Shown here: one piece after another, positions 46,295-55,500 of the stretch
Position numbering within the stretch: the stretch's first letter is position 1
Layout: the number at the start of each line of letters is the position of its first letter
Assembly: GCA_965249035.1 (NCBI GenBank)
Contig: CBDFKV010000003.1
Location: forward strand, 66,814-130,813
Length of the DNA stretch: 64,000 bases
Direction of reading: 5' to 3'
From: Candidatus Poriferihabitaceae bacterium
Lineage (GTDB): Bacteria > Pseudomonadota > Gammaproteobacteria > Arenicellales > Poriferihabitantaceae
Translations under genes and position numbers: made by a program
Notes under the pieces: model-generated
What the model was told of the DNA's origin: nothing
Databases searched by the model: none
The model's input: only the letters and a program-made list of their open reading frames with translations

Positions 46295-48931
46295 ATGAGA
46301 TCTAAACCAATGATCAAAGCTTTACCAACTCCACGTGAGCTGCTGCAAATGACACTGTGCAGTCGCCACCTGCTCAGCCGAGCGGGTATCACACTTGGCT
46401 TACTACTCACCGCTCCATTCGCAATGGCGAGTGGCCTGGTAGAAAACATCGCCTGGCAAACGGGAGAAAAAGGCTACGCCATCAACGTTACCTCCTCAGG
46501 CACACCACTTGACTACCAACTGCACAGCTTTGATGAAGGCGCCCACATCAAAGTAACCCTACTGAACAAAGCCCTGGCCGCACCCGTTCAGCCACTGGAA
46601 TTACCGACACAGTCGGGAGCACCGATACAGTCCATCTTTATCAGCCCGAATGCTATCGGCCCGACGCCGGTTGTCACCATTGATTTGTTTTTATCGCAAG
46701 CGGGCAGCCTTACGTTTAACGCTAAGCCTAACGGTGGCATTTTCAGGCTCAGCTCAAACGTAGCTGGTTTGTCGAGAACACCGCCTGCTCACGCGGCCGT
46801 AGAGATGGCGTCCTTTACCACCAAAATCCCCACCCAAGTTGCCACTGAGCCACCCGCTAAATCAAGATTAATTTCAGTTGAGTCGGTTAATTTAGACCAT
46901 AGCCAAGCAGCGATTGAATTGCACTTTGAAGGAAAAGTACCCGAGCTACGCCCATTTGTATTAGTCGATCCACCACAAGTAATTATCGACCTGCCGCTGA
47001 CCGACAATACGACAGGTGTTGATCAGCTTAAAATAAACAATCCACACGTCATCTCGACCCAAGTGGTCAAAGAAGCAAGCCACCTACGACTAATTTTCAA
47101 GTTATCCGCGCCAGCCAACTTACAGTCATCACCAATCGAGCAAGGCTACCGCTTATTGCTTGAAAACAAGCCATCAGCAATAACCCTTCCCTCTTCAGAT
47201 TTAGTTAATCGCACAGCTATAGAGGCAACCATCGCTGACATCGATTTTCGGCGCTCTACCGAAGGTCGCGGTATCATTACCATTGATTTGCAGCGGCCGA
47301 ATGTAGCTATTAACCTTGACCAGCAAGATAATGAGTTAGTGATTGATTTTATCAATGCCAGCCTTGATCCCAACGATGAAAAACGACTGGACGTCATCGA
47401 CTTCGCAACCCCGGTTAACACAATCGACTTATTCCGCAGAGATAACGACGTACGCATGGTGGTTACAGCGCGAGGGCGATACAAACACTCAGCCACCCAA
47501 ACCGCCAACCAATACGTACTTGAAGTCGCACCGCTCACCCCACGGGAAAAACAATCACAGAAACCCAGCACGGCTTCTGAGTTTAAGGGCGACCGTTTAT
47601 CGCTGAACTTTCATCGCATTCCTGTACGTGATGCGCTGCAGGTAATTGCAGATTTTACTCAGCTAAACATCATTACCAGCGATTCCGTCAGCGGCGATTT
47701 GTCATTGATACTTAATGACGTGCCTTGGGACCAGGCCCTGGATTTGATTTTGCAAACCAAAGGTTTGGCAATGCGCCAAAAAGGCAATGTGATACGCGTT
47801 GCCCCAGCAAACGAACTAGCCGCTCAAGAACAAGCAGCTTTTGAGGCAAATAAAGCCGTCGGTGATCTCGAGCCATTGGTGGTGGAACTGATCAAAATAC
47901 ACTACGCCAAAGCGAGTGAAATTGGCGCTTTACTCAAGTCAGTCAAAGCTGTCTCAACCGGGTTTGAAAACAACTTACTGGGATCGGTCACTTATAACCA
48001 GATCGAAACCGAAAAGAATAACCTGCTGTCTGAGCGTGGCAGCGTTACCGTTGATGAACGCACCAACTCGATTCTAGTGCGTGACACAGAACATCAAATT
48101 CGGCAAATTCAGCAGCTGATTCGACGGCTGGATATTCCGGTCAAACAGGTTCAAATCGAAACGCGTATTGTCGAGGCCACCGATGATTTTAGTCGCTCAT
48201 TAGGTGCACGTCTCGGCGTTATGCGCGTGACCGAAAATGCCCAATTCCCTGGATCTTCCTCGGGCAATACCATCGGCACCGTTTACGGCGGCGGATCAGT
48301 AGAGAGCAATAATTCAGTTCGCACCCAAAATCAGGTTAACTACCCGGACAATTTTTCAGTCAATCTGCCAGCTAATGGCCTCGGCGGTGAAATCCCGTCC
48401 AGCTACGCCTTTGAAATCATCAAAGTCGGTGCAGGCTTCCTGAATTTGATTGATCTGGAATTGTCAGCGCTACAAGCCGAAGGTAAGGGCAAAATTATTG
48501 CCAACCCCAAAATCACGACCACCGATAAACACCAAGCCCATATTGAGCAAGGCCAGGAGCGGATATTCTCTTCCGGGTCATTGTTGTCGGGCGGTACCAC
48601 TACCAAAAAAGCGGTACTGGGTCTGACGGTCACTCCACAAATCACCCCCAATGACAGCATTATTCTGGACGTTGAAATCACCAATGATTCATTTGCAGCC
48701 TCTGACACCCTGAACACCAAGCAAATTAGCACACAGACGCTATTAAAAAACGGCGAGACCGTCATCATCGGTGGTATCTATCAGCAGGATCAAGGAGAAC
48801 AAATCGTCAAGACCCCTATTTTGGGCGATATTCCATTGTTGGGAAATCTGTTCAAAAAACGCACCAAACGCAATAACCGCACCGAGCTGCTGATTTTCTT
48901 GACGCCGCGCATCATCAAATCTGACTACTAA
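46295..48931 (+). CDS. pilQ: type IV pilus secretin PilQ (long N-terminal region)
   Basis: The C-terminal secretin core is VLGLTVTPQITPNDSIILDV...TVIIGGIYQ...PILGDIPLLGNLFK...ELLIFLTPRII. N0/N1 domains and several AMIN-like repeats lie upstream. The exact start is uncertain (46295, 46310 or an internal Met). Confidence 0.9.
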   Translation: MRSKPMIKALPTPRELLQMTLCSRHLLSRAGITLGLLLTAPFAMASGLVENIAWQTGEKGYAINVTSSGTPLDYQLHSFDEGAHIKVTLLNKALAAPVQPLELPTQSGAPIQSIFISPNAIGPTPVVTIDLFLSQAGSLTFNAKPNGGIFRLSSNVAGLSRTPPAHAAVEMASFTTKIPTQVATEPPAKSRLISVESVNLDHSQAAIELHFEGKVPELRPFVLVDPPQVIIDLPLTDNTTGVDQLKINNPHVISTQVVKEASHLRLIFKLSAPANLQSSPIEQGYRLLLENKPSAITLPSSDLVNRTAIEATIADIDFRRSTEGRGIITIDLQRPNVAINLDQQDNELVIDFINASLDPNDEKRLDVIDFATPVNTIDLFRRDNDVRMVVTARGRYKHSATQTANQYVLEVAPLTPREKQSQKPSTASEFKGDRLSLNFHRIPVRDALQVIADFTQLNIITSDSVSGDLSLILNDVPWDQALDLILQTKGLAMRQKGNVIRVAPANELAAQEQAAFEANKAVGDLEPLVVELIKIHYAKASEIGALLKSVKAVSTGFENNLLGSVTYNQIETEKNNLLSERGSVTVDERTNSILVRDTEHQIRQIQQLIRRLDIPVKQVQIETRIVEATDDFSRSLGARLGVMRVTENAQFPGSSSGNTIGTVYGGGSVESNNSVRTQNQVNYPDNFSVNLPANGLGGEIPSSYAFEIIKVGAGFLNLIDLELSALQAEGKGKIIANPKITTTDKHQAHIEQGQERIFSSGSLLSGGTTTKKAVLGLTVTPQITPNDSIILDVEITNDSFAASDTLNTKQISTQTLLKNGETVIIGGIYQQDQGEQIVKTPILGDIPLLGNLFKKRTKRNNRTELLIFLTPRIIKSDY

Positions 48932-48949
48932 CTACTCGCTCAGTTTACC

Positions 48950-49900
48950 ATGATTCCCTGGTTATCCAGCCTTAGCCTCAATGCGCTGCGCATTACCGCA
49001 GCCTTGTTCAAAATAATGATCCCGATCATCGTGGTGGTTAAGGTGATCGAAATGTTGGGTGGAATTGGGGCAGTCGGACGCTTGTTAGGCCCCATGATGG
49101 AATGGCTCGGCTTGCCCGCATCAATGGGCTTGGTCTGGGCTACCACTATGATTACCAACGTCTATGGTGGCATGATCATGTTTATTACGGTTGCACCCAA
49201 TGAATCGCTAACCGTTGCCGAAGTCACCATCATCAGCACCATGATGATGCTAGCCCATTCTCTACCAGTAGAAACCAGCATTGCCCGCAAAGCGGGGATG
49301 CCCGCGTGGTTCAGCTTGCTGATCCGAATCGGCAGTAGCGTGTTGATCGCTTTTGTTTTGTCGCGCATTTACCAGCACTTTTCCTGGCTGCAAAGCCCTA
49401 GCACGCTCAACTGGATTCCAGAAGCTCGAGACAATAGCTTGCTTGCGTGGTTATTGAACCAACTAAAACTATTAGTGGGTATCGCCATTATTATTTGGGT
49501 ATTGGTGATTGTGCTGGATATCTTGCGCCGCTCGGGTGTCGAACGTGTATTTATCGTCTTGCTTTCACCCATCCTGCACCTGCTGGGTTTAGGCTCTCGA
49601 GTGGCTTCGATGAGCGTGGTGGGCATGACACTGGGCCTGACTTACGGTGGTGGGTTGTTGATTGATGAAGCCCGTAAAGGAGACTTGCGCCCACGCGAAG
49701 TATTTGGGGCGTTGGCTTTATTATCGCTGTGTCACGGCTTGATCGAAGACACGTTGCTGGTCCTGATGCTGGGCGCGGATATCTCCGGCGTGCTGTATGC
49801 ACGCCTGATTTATAGCGGTCTATTCATGGCAATCAGTTTATTTTTTGTGCGCCGCTTAAGCGACAAGCAGTTTCATCGCTATCTGTATAAGGCTCCCTGA
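48950..49900 (+). CDS. nucleoside-recognition (Gate) domain membrane protein
   Basis: A 316-aa polytopic ORF with two Gate-like halves (GLPASMGLVWATTMITNVYGG ; MSVVGMTLGLTYGG). It sits between pilQ and aroK. Confidence 0.6.
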   Translation: MIPWLSSLSLNALRITAALFKIMIPIIVVVKVIEMLGGIGAVGRLLGPMMEWLGLPASMGLVWATTMITNVYGGMIMFITVAPNESLTVAEVTIISTMMMLAHSLPVETSIARKAGMPAWFSLLIRIGSSVLIAFVLSRIYQHFSWLQSPSTLNWIPEARDNSLLAWLLNQLKLLVGIAIIIWVLVIVLDILRRSGVERVFIVLLSPILHLLGLGSRVASMSVVGMTLGLTYGGGLLIDEARKGDLRPREVFGALALLSLCHGLIEDTLLVLMLGADISGVLYARLIYSGLFMAISLFFVRRLSDKQFHRYLYKAP

Positions 49901-49946
49901 GCCTTTGTGATACAGTTGCGTTTAATCCGATTTTGTTTGATACCAC

Positions 49947-50471
49947 GTGCTCCAAAATGACAATATCTATCTGGTCGGCCTGATGGGGGTTGGTAAAACC
50001 ACGGTAGGTAAAAAGCTGGCAAATCGTTTACGACGAGAATTTATTGATACCGATCAGGCGATTGAAAGAGCCACCGGCGTCAATGTCAATTACATCTTTG
50101 ATATTGAAGGTGAAGCAGGTTTTCGCGCGCGTGAAACCGCCACGTTGGAAGCCATCGCAGCGCACAATAATTGCGTAGTCGCGACTGGTGGTGGGATCGT
50201 CACTGAGGCGGAAAATAGACGTATTCTGAATCGTCAGGGTGTGGTGGTTTATTTGCGCGGATCGCTGGAGTTGCTATGGTCCAGGGTACGCCACAGCAAA
50301 ACTCGGCCATTGTTACAGCAGCCCAACCCTAAACAGGTATTAGCCGAGTTACTCAAAGCTCGCGAGCCGTTGTATCGCTCAGTCGCTGATCACGTCGTGT
50401 CAATTCCCCGCGGCTCACCCGCAAAAACCGTACAGCGTATTATCGACCTGATTGATGAGCCTGACCAATAA
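49947..50471 (+). CDS. aroK: shikimate kinase
   Basis: NIYLVGLMGVGKTTVGKKLA, FIDTD and TGGG. A GTG start is assumed. Confidence 0.9.
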   Translation: MLQNDNIYLVGLMGVGKTTVGKKLANRLRREFIDTDQAIERATGVNVNYIFDIEGEAGFRARETATLEAIAAHNNCVVATGGGIVTEAENRRILNRQGVVVYLRGSLELLWSRVRHSKTRPLLQQPNPKQVLAELLKAREPLYRSVADHVVSIPRGSPAKTVQRIIDLIDEPDQ

Positions 50472-50480
50472 CCCCATTTA

Positions 50481-51590
50481 ATGACCAATAGCCAAGCCAT
50501 GAAGACCGTCACCATTGACCTTGGAGATCGCAGCTATCCGATTTTTATCGGCACTAATTTGCTGGATAACAGTGCGCTGTTTTTGCCGTATATCAACAGC
50601 CGGCGCGTTTTTATCATCAGCAATGAGATCGTTGCACCGCTGTATCTTGAGCAAGTAAAAAAGACCTTGGGTGATGCCTGTGACATTCACCAATATATTT
50701 TGCCCGATGGTGAAGCCACTAAAACCCTGGATTTCGCCAACACCTTATTCACCAAAATGCTGGAGGCCCCCTGTGACCGCTTAACCACCGTACTGGCTCT
50801 AGGTGGAGGTGTGATCGGTGATTTATCGGGCTTTGCGGCGGCTTGTTACCAACGCGGCATTCCATTTATTCAAATTCCGACCACGTTGTTATCACAAGTC
50901 GACTCGTCAGTCGGTGGCAAAACAGGGGTTAACCACCCACTGGGGAAAAATATGATTGGCGCGTTTTATCAACCTCAATGCGTTGTGATCGACACCAATA
51001 CGCTAAAAACGCTGAATGACCGTGAATTATCCGCCGGATTAGCCGAAGTCATTAAGTATGGCTTAATCCGCGACCCCTTATTCTTCGACTGGCTTGAGAA
51101 CAATATTGATCGTGCAATGGCACGAGATACAGGTGCATTGGCTTATATTATCGAGCGCTCCTGTCAGAATAAAGCAGCCGTCGTTGCTGAAGATGAGCGT
51201 GAACAAGGCGTGCGTGCTTTGCTCAATTTGGGCCACACATTTGGCCACGCGATCGAAAACGCCAAAGGCTATGGCCAATGGCTGCATGGCGAGGCCGTGG
51301 CGCTGGGTATGGTAATGGCGGCCGATTTATCCCGTCGTCTGGGCTGGATAGATCAAACCGACCAAGATCGTATCGTTGTCTTATTGCAACGCGCTCAATT
51401 GCCGGTCGATCACGTTGATGGTGTCAGCGTACGTCGCTTACGAGCGTTAATGACGATTGACAAAAAGGTATTGGCTGGCGAATTGCGGCTGGTATTATTG
51501 CAGGGGATTGGTTCATCGTTGGTATCATCTGATACACCCGAAGCACTGATCCTGCAAACCCTAGAAGCGTTCACCCGCCCAGCGGCGTAG
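50481..51590 (+). CDS. aroB: 3-dehydroquinate synthase
   Basis: LGGGVIGDLSGFAAA, PTTLLSQVDSSVGGKTG, and GHTFGHAIE...HGEAVALGM. Confidence 0.93.
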   Translation: MTNSQAMKTVTIDLGDRSYPIFIGTNLLDNSALFLPYINSRRVFIISNEIVAPLYLEQVKKTLGDACDIHQYILPDGEATKTLDFANTLFTKMLEAPCDRLTTVLALGGGVIGDLSGFAAACYQRGIPFIQIPTTLLSQVDSSVGGKTGVNHPLGKNMIGAFYQPQCVVIDTNTLKTLNDRELSAGLAEVIKYGLIRDPLFFDWLENNIDRAMARDTGALAYIIERSCQNKAAVVAEDEREQGVRALLNLGHTFGHAIENAKGYGQWLHGEAVALGMVMAADLSRRLGWIDQTDQDRIVVLLQRAQLPVDHVDGVSVRRLRALMTIDKKVLAGELRLVLLQGIGSSLVSSDTPEALILQTLEAFTRPAA

Positions 51591-51634
51591 TGCTTTTTTA
51601 CGCCTGATTAGTTAAGATCGGGCGATTACTAATA

Positions 51635-51976
51635 GTGAGTCAAAATATGATTATTCGAGTAGCGAAAATGGCGGTGGCAGGACTGGTACTAACCGGTCTA
51701 GCCGCTTGCGCACACCATGGCGCAGCGCAAATTAATTCCATCCCCTCGGGCGCTGAAGTAGTAGATATGGATGGTGACGTTTTGCTGGGTGTCACCCCGG
51801 TCAAAGTCTGGTGGAAGGAAAACAAGGAATCGCGTAAATTTATCAATGTACGCATCCAAAAAGACGGCTTTCGCGATAAAACCACGTCATTCTGGGTCAC
51901 ACTACGCCATTCAACTCGCGAAAACGCGGTTGAAAACCCACAGATGGTCGAAATAACTTTAGACAAAACCGAGTAA
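51635..51976 (+). CDS. PEGA-domain lipoprotein
   Basis: Lipobox LAAC, then INSIPSGAEVVDMDGDVLLGVTPVKV...IQKDGF (PEGA-like). A GTG start is assumed. Confidence 0.6.
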   Translation: MSQNMIIRVAKMAVAGLVLTGLAACAHHGAAQINSIPSGAEVVDMDGDVLLGVTPVKVWWKENKESRKFINVRIQKDGFRDKTTSFWVTLRHSTRENAVENPQMVEITLDKTE

Positions 51977-51980
51977 TCAC

Positions 51981-52352
51981 ATGATGAATCAAATGAAAAC
52001 ACCCTTACGCGTGATCACAATCGTAGTGGCTTTGGGCTTATTAACGGGCTGCGCTGGCAAAAAGCTGGTGCCAATGACGATTCAATCAGACCCTCTGGGC
52101 GCTTACGTGGCCTACCAGATTCGAACCGGGGAAGGCCAAAAATCAGATTGGATATTTCTTGGTAAAACCCCGATTGATATCAACCGCAGCATTAGCCGCA
52201 AGCGCCTGCGTAAAGCCCAAGCCTTCAGCATGAAAGTGATGAAAGAAGGTTACAGCGATCAGGTTAAAGAATTGAGTGGTAAAGACTTGTTGGGCCAGAT
52301 TCAATCCAAAGGCCGGGTATTCTGGAACCCACGCTTAGTACCCAGCAACTAA
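51981..52352 (+). CDS. PEGA-domain lipoprotein (paralogue of preceding gene)
   Basis: Lipobox LLTGC, then IQSDPLGAYVAY...LGKTPIDI...VMKEGY. It starts 4 nt after the previous stop. Confidence 0.6.
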   Translation: MMNQMKTPLRVITIVVALGLLTGCAGKKLVPMTIQSDPLGAYVAYQIRTGEGQKSDWIFLGKTPIDINRSISRKRLRKAQAFSMKVMKEGYSDQVKELSGKDLLGQIQSKGRVFWNPRLVPSN

Positions 52353-52589
52353 CCCGCTCCCAGCCCTGACTGCTGCTTTGGGTTGGCACGAGTCACTGCG
52401 TGTGACTCACTGCTTGATTGGGTAGCGATTGTTGCGACGCAGAATGAGCATAATGATTATCCACAAATAGCTGGTAGTCAAAACAGTCATTCTGTTTTAT
52501 CCTTCAGGGTTCTGCGGAATTCTGCTCAGACGCGCGTGCTTACACGGGCGTCATTTTTTGGGCACTACCTATTGATTTGAGGATTAACA

Positions 52590-55500
52590 ATGAGTCGAGG
52601 CTGCTTGCCCCCCCGACAAGGTCTGTATGACCCTGCTAATGAACACGATGCCTGTGGCGTCGGCTTTGTCGCAAATATCAATGGTACCCGGAATCACGAT
52701 ATCGTTGCTAAAGCGCTCGAAATATTATGCCGCCTAGAGCATCGCGGTGCGGTTGGTGCAGACGCTAAAGCCGGTGACGGGGCTGGCATTCTGTTTCAGG
52801 TGCCCAATCAATTCCTGCGTGAAAACGTCGATTTTGAATTGCCCGAATTTGGACAGTACGCGGTCGGCATGGTATTTCTGCCTAAAGAGCCCTCCGCACA
52901 AGCGCGCGCGATTGCTGTCATCGAATCATTCATCCAACAAGAAAACCAAACAGTACTCGGCTGGCGCTATGTGCCGGTTAACAGTAAAGCGCTCGGCGAT
53001 ACCATCAAGCCCTCAGAACCAGATACCTGGCAAGTATTTATTCGGTGCGCAGACGGCTGTAAGGACACCGATGCCTTTGAGCGCAAACTGTTTGTAATCC
53101 GCAAACAAATTGAGAACCAAATGGCGCTGGCAACCTGGGAGGGCAGTGAAACCGTTTATTTTTCTTCGCTATCCACTCGGCTCATCAACTACAAAGGCGT
53201 ATTGCTGGCCGACCAGCTGGCTGCCTATTTCCCGGAGCTGGCTGATGCGCGGATGCAATCTGCCATGGCCTTGGTTCACCAGCGATTTTCAACCAATACC
53301 TTCCCGACTTGGGATTTGGCCCATCCATTTCGCCTGATCGCCCATAACGGCGAAATTAATACCGTACGTGGCAACCGCAACTGGATGGCTGCACGTCGCC
53401 ACTCAATGGCGTCAGAGCTATTTGGCGACGATCTGGAAAAAGTCTTTCCCCTCATCCAAGGCGGCCAATCTGATTCAGCCAGTTTTGACAATACGCTGGA
53501 GCTACTCTCTCTGTCTGGCTATTCGCTGTCACACGCGGTCATGATGATGATCCCGGAAGCATGGTCAGGCAATCCCATGATGGATGCCAAGCGCCGCGCT
53601 TTTTATGAATACCACGCTGCCTTAATGGAGCCGTGGGATGGCCCAGCCGCAGTCGCATTTACTGATGGCCGTCAAATTGGTGCCACCCTGGACCGCAATG
53701 GCTTACGCCCAGCGCGATATCTCGTCACCGACGATGGTCTGTGCGTGATGGCCTCAGAAATGGGTGTTTTGGACATTCCTGAAGAGAAAATCATCAAAAA
53801 GTGGCGTTTGCAACCCGGCAAAATGTTTTTGATTGATCTGGAAGAAGGTCGCATCGTCGAAGACGAAGAAATCAAAGCAGATCTGGCTGCTTCTCAGCCG
53901 TACCAAAGCTGGCTCAATAAAACTCAACTGGCGGTTCATAAGCTACCTCACGTGATTGGTGCAATGGCACCCGACCGAAAAACATTGCTGAATACCCAAC
54001 AAGCCTTTGGTTACTCCCAGGAAGACATCAAATTTCTGCTACGGCCAATGCTAGAAACAGGCATGGAAGCGACGGGCTCCATGGGTACCGATGTGCCTCC
54101 TTCAGTGATGTCGGCCAAATCTAAGCATTTATCGACCTATTTCAAACAAAACTTTGCCCAAGTCACCAACCCACCGATTGACCCAATCCGCGAAGACGTG
54201 GTGATGTCATTGGTGACCTTGATCGGCCCGCGCCCTAACCTGCTGGATCGCCACAACGGTGGTAAATCCATGCGCCTGGAAGCCTTACAGCCTATCTTGA
54301 CCAATGCCGAGTTAGAGGCTATCCGCAAAATCGAAGACCGTACCGACTCGTTCTTGTCGCGCACCATCGATATTTGCTACCCCGCCAATCAGGGCGCTGC
54401 AGGCATGAAACCTGCCCTGGGGGCCATTTGCCGTCGGGCAGAATCGCTGGTGCACAAAGGCAACAATATTCTGATTTTGTCCGATCGCTGGGTTGATGTG
54501 GACCAAGTAGCGATCCCGGCTTTGTTGGCTACCGCAGCGGTACACCACCACCTCATCCGTAAAGGCTTAAGAACTAAAACCGGTTTGTTGGTTGAGACCG
54601 GCTCGGCCATTGAAATACACCATTTCGCCACGCTGGCGGGTTACGGCGCAGAAGCAATCAACCCTTACCTGGCGCTGGATACGATCCACGCTGAGCTATC
54701 CACGCTCAGTAATGAGACCCGCTTTACCGCAGCGCGCGAGCGCTATATCAAGGCGATTGGCAAAGGCTTGAAAAAGGTCATGTCAAAAATGGGGATTTCG
54801 ACCTATCAATCCTATTGCGGCGCCCAGATTTTCGACGCGATTGGCTTGTCGTCAGATTTTCTCAACCAATATTTCACCGGCACCGCAACCACGATTGAGG
54901 GTGCTGGCTTGTATGAAATTGCTAGAGAAACCATGCGCTGGCACCAGCAAGCCTATGGCAACAACCCCATCTACGACAAGCACTTGAACGTCGGCGGTGA
55001 GTACGCTGTGCGTGAACGGGGTGAACGTCACGCCTGGACTACTGACTCCATTTCCAAGTTGCAGCATGCGGTTCGCGGCAACGACTGGAATACCTATCAA
55101 GAATTTGCCACGACCATGAACGACCAGCGTGGACGCCTGTTGAACCTGCGGGGTTTGTTCACGCTCAACTTTGCGCCCAAGCCGGTGCCATTGCACGAAG
55201 TAGAGCCGGTTACTGACATTGTCAAACGCTTTGCCACCGGTGCAATGTCGTTTGGTTCTATTTCTTATGAAGCGCACTCGACCCTCGCCCGCGCGATGAA
55301 TGAACTGGGCGGCAAATCCAATACCGGTGAAGGTGGCGAAGAAGCCAGCCGCTTTAATCCGCTGGAAGATGGCTCACCCAACCCGGAACGCTCCGCCATT
55401 AAACAGGTGGCTTCAGGCCGATTTGGTGTCACCACCGAGTATTTGGTTAACGCTGATGATATTCAAATCAAGATGGCCCAAGGGGCCAAGCCCGGTGAAG

